This document shows, one piece after another, positions 55,002 through 64,000 of a stretch of DNA of 64,000 nt. Both the position numbers and the translations under genes were made by a program. The stretch is from a virus, in the IMG/VR virus record IMGVR_UViG_3300009285_000883, positions 7,639 through 71,638 of that record. One strand, 5' to 3'. The notes under the pieces were generated by a model that searched no databases, had not been told where the DNA came from, and saw nothing but the letters and a program-made list of their open reading frames with translations. The stretch's first letter is position 1. Each line of letters opens with the position of its first letter.

Positions 55002-55682
55002 CTATTTGGTAGGTCCGAATTTGTCGACAGCCATGTCTCGCAGTTCCTTCCGTGATCGAGTCTTGAGTGACGGGTCTTGTCGCACCATGTTCGCCACGGA
55101 GGCGTTCACAAGGTCATTCGCGAGCGGGACGGTTTGCTCCCACGGATCGCGATCGGGTTGACGTGCTTCAACTTCGACAGCGCCGTTACACGCTGTCCCG
55201 CGACTTTCGCAGAGACGCTTGATGTACCCGCGTCCCATCGCTCGCGTGACGAATGCCTCGGGATCTCCCTTGAACCGTGCGAGTCCAGAGTGATACACCG
55301 CATCCGGCGAGGGCGTGAACCCATGTCGCTTGGCACCGGCAACTACCGACTTCAATTCGGTCGGTGACATTTGATCGGCCAGTCTCGGCATCCCTGCGAA
55401 GAACACGTCATCCGTCATGCACTGCGGGGGCCGCTGCATGGCCACCATCTCAGCGAACCGATGCGTCTGTCCACTCCTGCGCGCGAGCATGTAAACGGCC
55501 CCGCGCGTCGTTCCGAATGAGGTCAGCGCTTCGGCGGTGCGTGTGATCTCCATGCCTGCCGCGTCGGGAAACTCCTCGGTGATGTCCTCGGCGGTTGGGG
55601 GAGCGCACACGAGGTCAGCGTTGCCACGCCACTCGGGATGCTCCTCAAACCATTTGGTAAGTCGTACGTCCATTGCCATCAT
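55002..55682 (-). CDS. Hypothetical protein downstream of portal
   Basis: ATGA overlap; Y.SGLARF.GDPEAFV motif. Confidence 0.7.
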   Translation of the reverse strand: MMAMDVRLTKWFEEHPEWRGNADLVCAPPTAEDITEEFPDAAGMEITRTAEALTSFGTTRGAVYMLARRSGQTHRFAEMVAMQRPPQCMTDDVFFAGMPRLADQMSPTELKSVVAGAKRHGFTPSPDAVYHSGLARFKGDPEAFVTRAMGRGYIKRLCESRGTACNGAVEVEARQPDRDPWEQTVPLANDLVNASVANMVRQDPSLKTRSRKELRDMAVDKFGPTK

Positions 55683-57910
55683 GCCTTACGGGGTGTTGGT
55701 TTCGCTGTTGGCTTCGGCTTAGCCTTGGCTTGTGCTTGTGCCAACTTCATTTTGAGCTGACCCATTTGCGCCTGTTGAGTCATATCGAGCTGGAACTTTT
55801 GGCGATCTTGAACTAAATTCATCACGTGAGCGGCTTGGTCCTGTGCCATTCCTGCGGCTGCCGCCTCGGCATCCATGTCCATCTGTTGTTGCTTGGTCGA
55901 CAACTCAAGCGATGACTGAGCCTGTCGCGCCTGCAAATCCATTTGTTTGGCCTGCATGTCGATCTGCTTGCCTTGAAGATCTGCCTGGATCTTCTGCATC
56001 TCCATCTGCATCTTCTGCTGTTCCATCTCCTGAGCCGCTTGGTCTCCCTCAATGGGTTCCAGCATGGCTCCATCCAGATCGTCATCATGCAGCGTGGCCC
56101 ATTTCTTCACGAGGTAGTTGTAGGCAGAGTAATTGCCTGTCTGTTGACCGTACTCCTGAGAAATCGGAGCGAAGTATTGCATCACCTGTTGGAAATTGGC
56201 GATGTCCCGATCGCGGTTCGGTCGGCGGATGCTCGACGCTTCGATCGTGTACTGCATCTGCCGCACGACACGCTCCACGTCGGTGGACATGATGTGCCGT
56301 TCCCAGAGGTAACGTCCGACTGGGCCGATCAAGCCTTCGACGCTCTCGCCATCCACAAACCACCGCGTGACGAATCCTTCGAGAGATGCGATGTGCGACT
56401 GCCACTCGACGACCTTCTTCTGCATGTGCTCGGGACGCACACCAACCGCGCGCTGCTTCGCCATCGTTTCTTCGGCGGTGCGGTTCTGCGTGCCGTTCTC
56501 GTTCCGTCCGTAGGCGAACTCGGTGAGCCCGACACGCTTGTCGAACATTTCGCTGACGAACTCGATGATGTGCCACAGGTCCGCACGGGATTCCGGCTGT
56601 TGAATGATCGACACGGCCTTGCGCACGTCATCCACCTGGACAGGTGTTGGGATGATCGTCTGGTCCAGCCCTTCGAGTAGGTACTTGCGGTAGTGCTCAA
56701 AGTGCGGACCTGAGACAGCCCAGAAGTCTCGGCTGCTGGTCCAGATGCGATTGGCGATCCATGGCACGAGGAAGTTGAGGAACTTCAGCTCACCCAAGCC
56801 TGGGGCCAGCGGAGGGATCGGCCACGCATGGTCCGGGTCGGGATAGAAGTCCAACACGGCGCAAGGCCAACGATCGTCTGTCCAGACCGGGACCGGCCAG
56901 GAGAACGCCTCGCGCACGTCATCGTCTTTGGCTTTCCGCAGGAACTCGCTGGAGCAGTTGAGCGGGTACGGAACGGAGGGAGCAATCGCGATGTAGGCGT
57001 AATCTCCGACCACGTCCTCTAAGTGCTCCTTGATGGCGGTATCCATGCCCGTCAGGCGGGCCCCGGCGCCAGTCTTGGACCAGATCTCGTACCAGACGAC
57101 CATGTCGTTCGTGGTGCCTGCCACGCGGTGCATGGCCGCATCCTGATCACCACGTGACTCGCCATAGGACCATGCGCTTTCCAGGGATGATTTTCCCTTG
57201 AGCGAATTGGCTTCCAATTTGAAGCGACGTTCCACCGCCCAGTGCGGGTCAACGTGTCGCAATGAGATCCACTTGCCGTCATCGATCGACTTGTAGTCCG
57301 GGTCCGTCAGCAGGTTCTCGGGGCACTCACGGAAAGAACCGGTGACGGTCTTGCCTGACGACGGGAACTTGAACGGACGTGTGAATGTGACGCCACGGCC
57401 CTTGATTAGCGCGTCGAGGATCGCCAACTCGGAGTGCCCAGCTAAACCGCCTCCAGGTTGCTCACGCGGCGTGTAGTTGAGCCACGTGCCCATCAGATAC
57501 GCCACAACGCGATCCTCGGCCTCTTCGTACTGCTGCCGCTGCTGGAGTGACTGATAGATGAGCTGAGCCTGCTGGTCCTGCTGGAACAGCTCGGGCGGGA
57601 TTTCGAGCTTCTTCTTGGGTTCCACGTTCCGGTGTGGACACTCCCAAAACAGGTTCGGCCCGAACACGGCCACCAGCTCGAACGCCTTGTTGATGGTGAT
57701 GCGGAACTTCGGCGCCTTGACGTTCTGCCAGATCTTCCGCGTGTAGGTCGAATCCCACATGGCAGCGGCAGACTTCGAGTAGAACGTCATGCACTCGTCG
57801 CTGAGTTCCTTCCAGCGCTTGCGCGACTCGGCAGCTTTTTCGAGCTTGCCGGTCCAGCCGCTAACAAGCGGTCGGAGGAACTCATGGTTTGCATCGCTAA
57901 AGTCCATCAC
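55679..57910 (-). CDS. Portal protein (P22/T7-like, Gln-rich C-terminal barrel)
   Basis: 743 aa; INKAFELV, LDALIKGRG, RTAEE motifs; coiled-coil tail; follows terminase. Confidence 0.8.
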   Translation of the reverse strand: MMDFSDANHEFLRPLVSGWTGKLEKAAESRKRWKELSDECMTFYSKSAAAMWDSTYTRKIWQNVKAPKFRITINKAFELVAVFGPNLFWECPHRNVEPKKKLEIPPELFQQDQQAQLIYQSLQQRQQYEEAEDRVVAYLMGTWLNYTPREQPGGGLAGHSELAILDALIKGRGVTFTRPFKFPSSGKTVTGSFRECPENLLTDPDYKSIDDGKWISLRHVDPHWAVERRFKLEANSLKGKSSLESAWSYGESRGDQDAAMHRVAGTTNDMVVWYEIWSKTGAGARLTGMDTAIKEHLEDVVGDYAYIAIAPSVPYPLNCSSEFLRKAKDDDVREAFSWPVPVWTDDRWPCAVLDFYPDPDHAWPIPPLAPGLGELKFLNFLVPWIANRIWTSSRDFWAVSGPHFEHYRKYLLEGLDQTIIPTPVQVDDVRKAVSIIQQPESRADLWHIIEFVSEMFDKRVGLTEFAYGRNENGTQNRTAEETMAKQRAVGVRPEHMQKKVVEWQSHIASLEGFVTRWFVDGESVEGLIGPVGRYLWERHIMSTDVERVVRQMQYTIEASSIRRPNRDRDIANFQQVMQYFAPISQEYGQQTGNYSAYNYLVKKWATLHDDDLDGAMLEPIEGDQAAQEMEQQKMQMEMQKIQADLQGKQIDMQAKQMDLQARQAQSSLELSTKQQQMDMDAEAAAAGMAQDQAAHVMNLVQDRQKFQLDMTQQAQMGQLKMKLAQAQAKAKPKPTAKPTPRKA

Positions 57911-57926
57911 TCACCTCGTGTGGCGG

Positions 57927-58346
57927 TCATTTCTTCGCGGCGGTTGCGGCCTGAGGCTGCATGACTGCCTGTTCACGCTCCACTTGCAGGAGCGCCGCTT
58001 CACGGCGTTCCAGTTCCTTCAGGTGCACCTCGCGGTGACTCTTGAGCGGCGTCTGACCGGGGATGTAATCCCACGCGCCGTTCTTCATCGTGATCGTGTT
58101 GTGCTTGTTCTTGTGCAGTTCGTGCGATCGGTGCAGGACCCCGTCCTTGAATTGCACGTGGGCATTGGGGCGGAAGATCGCGATCTTGACCTTGCCTGGT
58201 CCCTCTTGAAACGTCACCAGCGCGGCATAGACTCGGTCATCCTCATTGCGGTCGAACCACTGCACCGCGTGCCCGACCGGGGGAGTCGGAAGCGGAAATT
58301 CCTTGAGGGATTTCAGTTGTTCGAGTTGTTCTCGAATGGTCGACAT
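57927..58346 (-). CDS. Hypothetical protein
   Basis: GGAGAG RBS; P.VG..VQW...GAWDY pattern. Confidence 0.7.
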   Translation of the reverse strand: MSTIREQLEQLKSLKEFPLPTPPVGHAVQWFDRNEDDRVYAALVTFQEGPGKVKIAIFRPNAHVQFKDGVLHRSHELHKNKHNTITMKNGAWDYIPGQTPLKSHREVHLKELERREAALLQVEREQAVMQPQAATAAKK

Positions 58347-58377
58347 GGAACTCTCCAAAGGTTGATGAACTACGCGG

Positions 58378-60168
58378 CTACGCTGCCGCTCCGGGGCCTA
58401 AATGGACATACTCGCCGCTTGCCTGTTCGGCGTGTTTCTTTAGCAACTGCATGGCCCGGCGATAAGCGGGGCTGCCTCCATGACTGCGGTAGGCATCGGG
58501 GTGCACATAGGCACTGCCTGTCGCGAACATCGTGTCAATGAACGCACACATGTACTCCAAAGACGCCATCGCATCATGCTTGCGGGGATTGGCTGGCTCA
58601 TCCATGATCGTGTCTTCGCCGCCGACGAAGAGTTGCTTCTTGCGGTAGGTGTTGAACTCACGCTGCGTGCCGACCGTTCGGTTCTCCACGAACAGCAGTG
58701 TCGGCAGCCCCGTGCGCCGCATCTCCAGCATGTTGCGGACAGCGCGATAACGCTCGGGAGGAACGTTGCAACCGGGGATGAAAGCGTTGGGGCACATGCG
58801 CGCACGGAGTCCGTGAGCGGTGAATGACTCGGCGTACTTTTGGAAGATCGTCTTGTCTTCGCCAACGCGCGTCTGGCGTCCAATCTGCTGGTCCATGATG
58901 AAGGCTTCATAGTTGAAACCCTCGCAGATCTTCCGCAGTTCATTCGCCAGCATGTCGGAACTGTACTTCTGCACGATCAGTTCACGCTCGATGATCAGCA
59001 GGTTGTCGAACCGAATCTCTTCGACCTCGGGCGGCGGAATGACACCAAACGTGCAGGCGGTGCGCGTGTGCGAGGGGTCGATCGAGAGGTATCGGGTCCA
59101 AGTCTTCGGGAACTCGCCATCGCGGGTCAGGATGCGACGGAGGTACTCCTTGGCGGTCGTGACGGTCTCGGGGACTTCACCCGGAGGATACGGAGTCAGG
59201 AGGTGAGTCGCCGGGTAGTAGTCGTACATGTTGAGCGTGTCGAGAAGCAGCTCGCCACGGTCGCGGCGGGCGATCTCTTCGTCGGAACCCATGCGGCCCA
59301 AAGCACGTGTCTTGGCGGCTTTGTGCAGGTACGGGTTCTCGGACATGATCAACTGGTACGACGCGATGTCCGGGGACTCTTCGCCCGACTGCTCCTCGGC
59401 CCGGTCGAGCATGTCGCACAGCGCGTAGTTCTTGCTGTGCGGCCACACCGACCACATCAGCCAACCGTCCTTGTCCGTGAGGCGGTCTTGCCATTCCTTC
59501 AAGTGACCGGGGATCTGAATGTCTTCGTCGATCCAGATCCCGGCGACCGCATCGCCCTGCTTCGGATGCTTGGCGGAAGAGGGGTACGCACAGATCTTGG
59601 CGCCGTTTTTCAAGTAGACCGCCGAGAAGTTGTACGCACCCCTGTTTTCCCAGGTCCAGCCATCGACACCTTGGGTCGTGTCAATGAATCGCTCGGGGAT
59701 CATGGGGCCTGCGGGCTGAGACTCAGAGAAACGGGAAGCATCGAAGTCATCAGCCGGGTTGTAGGTGCGCCAGATTCCGGTCATCTTGTCCTTGATGACT
59801 CGGAACAACCCAGGCTGAAAAAGTAGCCGGTACACCGTTTGACCGATATGATCTACGTCCCACCCCACCACCCAGTAGAGGAGGGGGTCTTTGGGGGTAC
59901 TTACGACATACTTAAGTGGTATTTCCTTGTTGGCCGGATCAGTGATTGGGATGCCAAGTACGCGGGAAGCAAACTCAGCGACGACACCCACGCTTTTACC
60001 GCTTCGCTTGCCCCCGCGCAGGACCAACTCCCTTGCGTTGGAGTGATGGAATGGCAACTGGCGCGCGGGGCGATAGACCTTCAGCGCTTCCTTGGCGCGA
60101 CGTTCTTCTTCGTCGGCCAGCGCTGCGAAGTCTGCCATTGGATCTCGTCGATCGAGCGCCATGATCAA
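58378..60168 (-). CDS. terL: Terminase large subunit
   Basis: Walker A GGKRSGKS, Walker B IWIDED, ENPYL, nuclease motifs LSIDP and HDAMASLEY. Confidence 0.9.
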   Translation of the reverse strand: MIMALDRRDPMADFAALADEEERRAKEALKVYRPARQLPFHHSNARELVLRGGKRSGKSVGVVAEFASRVLGIPITDPANKEIPLKYVVSTPKDPLLYWVVGWDVDHIGQTVYRLLFQPGLFRVIKDKMTGIWRTYNPADDFDASRFSESQPAGPMIPERFIDTTQGVDGWTWENRGAYNFSAVYLKNGAKICAYPSSAKHPKQGDAVAGIWIDEDIQIPGHLKEWQDRLTDKDGWLMWSVWPHSKNYALCDMLDRAEEQSGEESPDIASYQLIMSENPYLHKAAKTRALGRMGSDEEIARRDRGELLLDTLNMYDYYPATHLLTPYPPGEVPETVTTAKEYLRRILTRDGEFPKTWTRYLSIDPSHTRTACTFGVIPPPEVEEIRFDNLLIIERELIVQKYSSDMLANELRKICEGFNYEAFIMDQQIGRQTRVGEDKTIFQKYAESFTAHGLRARMCPNAFIPGCNVPPERYRAVRNMLEMRRTGLPTLLFVENRTVGTQREFNTYRKKQLFVGGEDTIMDEPANPRKHDAMASLEYMCAFIDTMFATGSAYVHPDAYRSHGGSPAYRRAMQLLKKHAEQASGEYVHLGPGAAA

Positions 60169-60851
60169 TCCCGCAAAGGCTGCTTTTCGTACGTTGGAAG
60201 TCCGGGGATCTCGGACAACGAGATCCCGTTCGACCGAATCAGCTCCACGAGCATCTGACGCCTGTGGGGGTCGCCAGCCGCATCGCTGAGCATCTGCATG
60301 AGCGCGAGTTCCTTCTTGACCCTCAACTGCTCATCCGACAGGTCCAGCACGTTCTCCTGATGCTGGAGCTTGTTCACGTCCATGACCAATTTCGCGATGC
60401 TGCGGAACTGGTCGAGGTTGGTTCTACTGCCAGGGTTCTTGGTGCACGCGGTACGGAGCTGATCCGACCACTCCTTGACGAACACCCGCATTCCCCCGAA
60501 GTCGTACATCAGCTCGGCCAGGAAACTCTCGATGTGTTCGAGAGGTTGCCGACCCGAGGCGACGGATGCGACCTCCTTGCTGAAGTTGTCACACAGCCTG
60601 CCACGTATCTCGTCCAGTTCCTTCTGTGCGACTCCCGAGCGGCACTTCGCACAGAGCGGATCAGTCAGGGTGTCGAAGTGGTCGAATGGCAGCCACATGT
60701 GACAGCCAGTGCATTCCACCTTTCCCTTGTCGCGCACGTCGGGGATGGGGAAGTCATGCTTCTCCCGCGCACGTGCGCGCTCGTCGTACTTGTACTTGGC
60801 TGGAGGCAGATCAAGCACTTCAGTTGTCGGAGGTGACGGCAGTTGCTCCAC
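60165..60851 (-). CDS. Putative terminase small subunit
   Basis: Directly upstream of and ATGA-coupled to terL; CxxC pairs; LSDEQL motif. Confidence 0.5.
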   Translation of the reverse strand: MEQLPSPPTTEVLDLPPAKYKYDERARAREKHDFPIPDVRDKGKVECTGCHMWLPFDHFDTLTDPLCAKCRSGVAQKELDEIRGRLCDNFSKEVASVASGRQPLEHIESFLAELMYDFGGMRVFVKEWSDQLRTACTKNPGSRTNLDQFRSIAKLVMDVNKLQHQENVLDLSDEQLRVKKELALMQMLSDAAGDPHRRQMLVELIRSNGISLSEIPGLPTYEKQPLRD

Positions 60852-62625
60852 TGTCGGTATCCTCCTTCACCTTGCGGCGTTTCTTTTTCGCGGCCTGCTT
60901 TTTCAGTCCGGCGAAATAATCGTGCACGAGGAACATCCAGACGCACGAGCCGTTGACGACCATCGGCTGCATCCCGGCTTCCGCTAAGAACTCGGTGACA
61001 GCCTGGACGACTCCAGGGAACTCCATGCAGTAATCGTGACCGCACAACACGCCGTTCTTCGCCACGTGCGGGAGCCACGCGCGCAGGTCTTCTGCGATTC
61101 CGTCGTATTCGTGACGCGCGTCCAGGAACACGATGTCCACTTCCTGCGGTTCCATCGACCGAGCCACGTCCAGGCTGGCCCCCTTGAGGACCTTAATGTC
61201 TTCATCCAGCAAATTGCCGATGTTCTCACGGAACGTCTCAAACAGGTTGTCGTACCCGTACTGCTCGGCCCACGTTCCGGTGCTGTCTGTGGGAGTGCCT
61301 TCCCACGTGTCGATGCACCAAATGGTTCCACCCGCTTTGCCAAGCCCGTTGTGCAAGGCGATCGCCGACTCACCGACCCATGAACCGACTTCGACGATGC
61401 GGAGTGGCTGCGCGGGGCGTGTCTCTGCGACCATCGAAACGAGTTCTGTCAAGGCGTTGAGATCCAGCGGGGGAGTCATATTGCCAACCGACTTGACCGA
61501 ACGAGGGCCGATCATCCGCTTGATCACGGGAAACGAAAACTTCTTCTCTTCCTGCGGGACGGCGTTCGCTTCCGTCGCTTCAATAGGTTCCTCGTTGAGA
61601 TCCTTGAGAATCTGCTGAATCTCGGCGGGAAGTTCCTCATCCTCCTGCAACGCGGGAAACTCATGCGTGTCTTGCAGCACATCGGTGTAGTCGATCTCGT
61701 GCATCTCATCGCCGATCGACTTGCACTGCTCAACGGCTTCGAGGTAGTGCTCGTTGATCTGCTCCACGAAGATCTGCTCGGGCATCCCGACGCACTTGGG
61801 CTTGTAGTGCCCGGCCCACGCATCCCAGTTGCAGAACACGACGGGTTGCTTGTGCTTGACCAGCCCGGCGAGCTGAATCTCACGTGTGTTCGTCACGTCC
61901 TCAGTGGATGCTTTCTGCGTCTGCTCGCCGTCCGTAAATTCATAGAAGAACCACGACTGCAGGTTGAGCAATCGCTTGGCGCGGTCGAGCGTGATCTTGC
62001 CTTCCTTGAACTCGGTCAGGATCTGCTCCTGCGACTTCTGATGAACTGGCATCAGGTCGAACGAGTCCAGGGAATACATGATGCACCCGGTCGGCCCGGC
62101 TGCGATCGACTGAATCCCCCGCATCTGCGCCGCGTGCTCTCGCGAATACGCCTGGAACGTGATCTGCGGACGATCGTTGTCCGACTCGTTGGCTTCGCCG
62201 TGGAATACGTAGACGTTCTCGAATCCACCCTTGGTCGGATGGGGAGGCGGTCCACAATAAGGCGCGGCAACCACGGTAGGCAGACCTTTGAGCTTGCGCT
62301 CGTACAGGAAGTCAAACGACGTTTTCCAGAACGGTTTGGCCCACGGCTTGGCGCCAAGGTACAGATCAGGAACGTTGTCCGAATCGATCATCACGATCAC
62401 GTCACAGTGGCGATCCTTCGCCATCCGCACTGACCGGTTGCGTTCCATCGTCAGCGGAATGTCACCGAACCGGTTCACTTCGATGCGACCGATTCGTTCG
62501 TCCTTGCTCATCTCCGAGATCGTCTTGGCGTACCACAGCGTGATCTCAGGCAACTGCATGCCGACGCTGCCGTTGCCTCCAAAGGCGTACATCGCAAAAA
62601 AAATGTCGAGCTTCATCGGAATCAT
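60820..62625 (-). CDS. Glycosyltransferase (GT-A-like) fused to a class I SAM-dependent methyltransferase
   Basis: N-terminal ERN...VMIDSD...TED; C-terminal VEVGSWVGES, IDTW, VFLDARHEY, GHDY. Confidence 0.8.
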   Translation of the reverse strand: MIPMKLDIFFAMYAFGGNGSVGMQLPEITLWYAKTISEMSKDERIGRIEVNRFGDIPLTMERNRSVRMAKDRHCDVIVMIDSDNVPDLYLGAKPWAKPFWKTSFDFLYERKLKGLPTVVAAPYCGPPPHPTKGGFENVYVFHGEANESDNDRPQITFQAYSREHAAQMRGIQSIAAGPTGCIMYSLDSFDLMPVHQKSQEQILTEFKEGKITLDRAKRLLNLQSWFFYEFTDGEQTQKASTEDVTNTREIQLAGLVKHKQPVVFCNWDAWAGHYKPKCVGMPEQIFVEQINEHYLEAVEQCKSIGDEMHEIDYTDVLQDTHEFPALQEDEELPAEIQQILKDLNEEPIEATEANAVPQEEKKFSFPVIKRMIGPRSVKSVGNMTPPLDLNALTELVSMVAETRPAQPLRIVEVGSWVGESAIALHNGLGKAGGTIWCIDTWEGTPTDSTGTWAEQYGYDNLFETFRENIGNLLDEDIKVLKGASLDVARSMEPQEVDIVFLDARHEYDGIAEDLRAWLPHVAKNGVLCGHDYCMEFPGVVQAVTEFLAEAGMQPMVVNGSCVWMFLVHDYFAGLKKQAAKKKRRKVKEDTDSGATAVTSDN

Positions 62626-62676
62626 GGAAGGTGTTCTCCACAACATCAAACAAACGGGGTTGACAATCGTGCAGGC

Positions 62677-62958
62677 TTACGACGCCTGCTCATCCTTGAT
62701 TGCGAGCGCGGCGGTCGCACTGCCACACAGGACAGCCAATCGCCATGCTTCGCTATTCGCCAGCGCGGTGTTCGCGGCGAACTTGGTTGCCAAGCCAAGC
62801 CCGACTGCGTGGTTGCCCACGCCCGCACACAGCGCCTCATTGGTCGGTTGCTGAATCGTGCCGGTCCCGGCATCGATCACGGTTGCCAGATTCGCTCCAG
62901 CCGCCGCGTTGGCGCAACCGCTCTTGAGTCGATCCTTCGCGAAATCAGTGAGCGCCAT
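62677..62958 (-). CDS. Ala-rich hypothetical (virion) protein
   Basis: AAGGGG RBS; weak internal repeat. Confidence 0.65.
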   Translation of the reverse strand: MALTDFAKDRLKSGCANAAAGANLATVIDAGTGTIQQPTNEALCAGVGNHAVGLGLATKFAANTALANSEAWRLAVLCGSATAALAIKDEQAS

Positions 62959-62968
62959 CGTGTTCCCC

Positions 62969-63187
62969 TTACCTGCCCGAGCAGGAAATAGACGAGTGCG
63001 AGATCAGCATCGCCTCTCTGACTTTGCGGATCGCGTCCGACTGGTCGGCACACTGCGGCGTGTTCTGCAGAATGACCTGCGCGAACTGCTTGGCCGCATT
63101 GCGGATGGCCTCGTAAGGCTTCCGCTGTTCTTCCGTGACCCGGTGATACCGGAACCAGTTGTCGATTTTGACTTGGTCAATTGCCAC
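62969..63187 (-). CDS. Acb2/Tad1-like helical hairpin protein (possible immune-signal sponge)
   Basis: WFRYH...EQ...YEAIRNAAK.FA..I..NTP..ADQS.AIRKVREA pattern; GTG start at 63187. Confidence 0.6.
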   Translation of the reverse strand: MAIDQVKIDNWFRYHRVTEEQRKPYEAIRNAAKQFAQVILQNTPQCADQSDAIRKVREAMLISHSSISCSGR

Positions 63188-63204
63188 TGTTTGGCCCTTG
63201 TATG

Positions 63205-63239
63205 AAAAACGGCTACCGAGGAGGCACCCCGGTAGCCGT
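63205..63239 (-). terminator. Intrinsic terminator
   Basis: ACGGCTACCG...CGGTAGCCGT stem followed by TTTT on the - strand. Confidence 0.65.
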
Positions 63240-63283
63240 CCCGTGCACACGGTCAACCCCGTTTCGTGGTCAAGCGCGGAGGC

Positions 63284-63922
63284 TTAGTCTTGGGCGATCA
63301 GTTCCAGATCGACCAAGAGATTCGGGGTGGCGGAACCACCGGTTTGTGCGGTCGTGCTGGCACTCAGTGCGCGCCCGATCCGATTCAAAATGATCGACAC
63401 CGCGTTGGTGACGTTGGTCGTGACCACGAACGGCTGGATGCGTCCTGCCGTGGCGGCTTGGCTCGTGGCAGCGGTGAGCGACGTGAGAATGTCGCCTGCG
63501 CTGAACACGCACGTGGCATCCGCCGCGTTCGACTTGCGAACCAGAGCGGGCCCCTTGACCGCGAGCCAGAACAGGTCGTTCGACGGAACACCGGAACTTC
63601 CAATGAACTCGTCCACGACGCCCGCTATTTCCTGGTGATCGAGCGTGCAGTACCCGGCCACTCGCTTGTTGCGATAACCGGTTGCCCACGTGACGACCGC
63701 CTTCGAAGCAAGCGCGATGCCAGCGGCATTCCGCACCAGCATCATCAGAACGCGCTTCTGCGAGCGCACGGAGTTGATCCCGGTCGCGGTCGAGTCGCGG
63801 TCACTGAACCACTTCGCGATGCCTTCCAACTTGGACGCCTGACCGGTCGAAGTAAGCGTGCGGCCTGCGCCGCTCAAAAGCGTCTGCCCGCGCTGCGGGA
63901 GACCAGCAACAGTGTCTGCCAT
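63284..63922 (-). CDS. Putative capsid decoration or cement protein
   Basis: GV..NDLFWL.VKGP and F.AGD.L patterns; followed by a terminator, as expected after a capsid operon. Confidence 0.55.
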   Translation of the reverse strand: MADTVAGLPQRGQTLLSGAGRTLTSTGQASKLEGIAKWFSDRDSTATGINSVRSQKRVLMMLVRNAAGIALASKAVVTWATGYRNKRVAGYCTLDHQEIAGVVDEFIGSSGVPSNDLFWLAVKGPALVRKSNAADATCVFSAGDILTSLTAATSQAATAGRIQPFVVTTNVTNAVSIILNRIGRALSASTTAQTGGSATPNLLVDLELIAQD

Positions 63923-64000
63923 GATTCGTTATCCCCTGAACAATTCAATTGCGAACGTTGGGTGTATTGACGAAAGATCGTGCGGCGGCGCGCCGGATCG

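Overview
This window is most of a tailed dsDNA phage genome (roughly 59% GC by eye). The host is plausibly a planctomycete, inferred from gene-family style only. Layout: (i) 1-11.8 kb, + strand, small early-type genes with a MoxR-like AAA ATPase and a metallopeptidase-VWA protein, conserved intergenic hairpins and leaders, and a type I hammerhead ribozyme at 10739-10791. (ii) 11.9-30.8 kb, - strand, middle genes: cassette-like small genes, RusA-like resolvase, DnaB, replication initiator, Rad50/SMC-like ATPase, SSAP candidate, YqaJ exonuclease, CsrA and an XRE regulator. (iii) 30.9-64 kb, - strand, late genes: lysis-position module with a papain-like peptidase, large internal proteins, tail genes, portal, terminase, a glycosyltransferase-methyltransferase fusion and an Acb2/Tad1-like protein. 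No major capsid protein or integrase was recognised in the window. The main finding is at 23.5-26.6 kb. An IS110/Nop-domain gene lacking the RuvC domain and catalytic serine is flanked by three non-coding arrays, 32 units in total, of a 37-nt dual-repeat, dual-spacer unit (11-nt repeat, 8-nt spacer, 10-nt repeat, 8-nt spacer). It looks like a nuclease-less TIGR-Tas-like RNA-guided system with variant geometry and cargo genes interleaved in the arrays. All calls were made by eye from motifs; no database searches were run.
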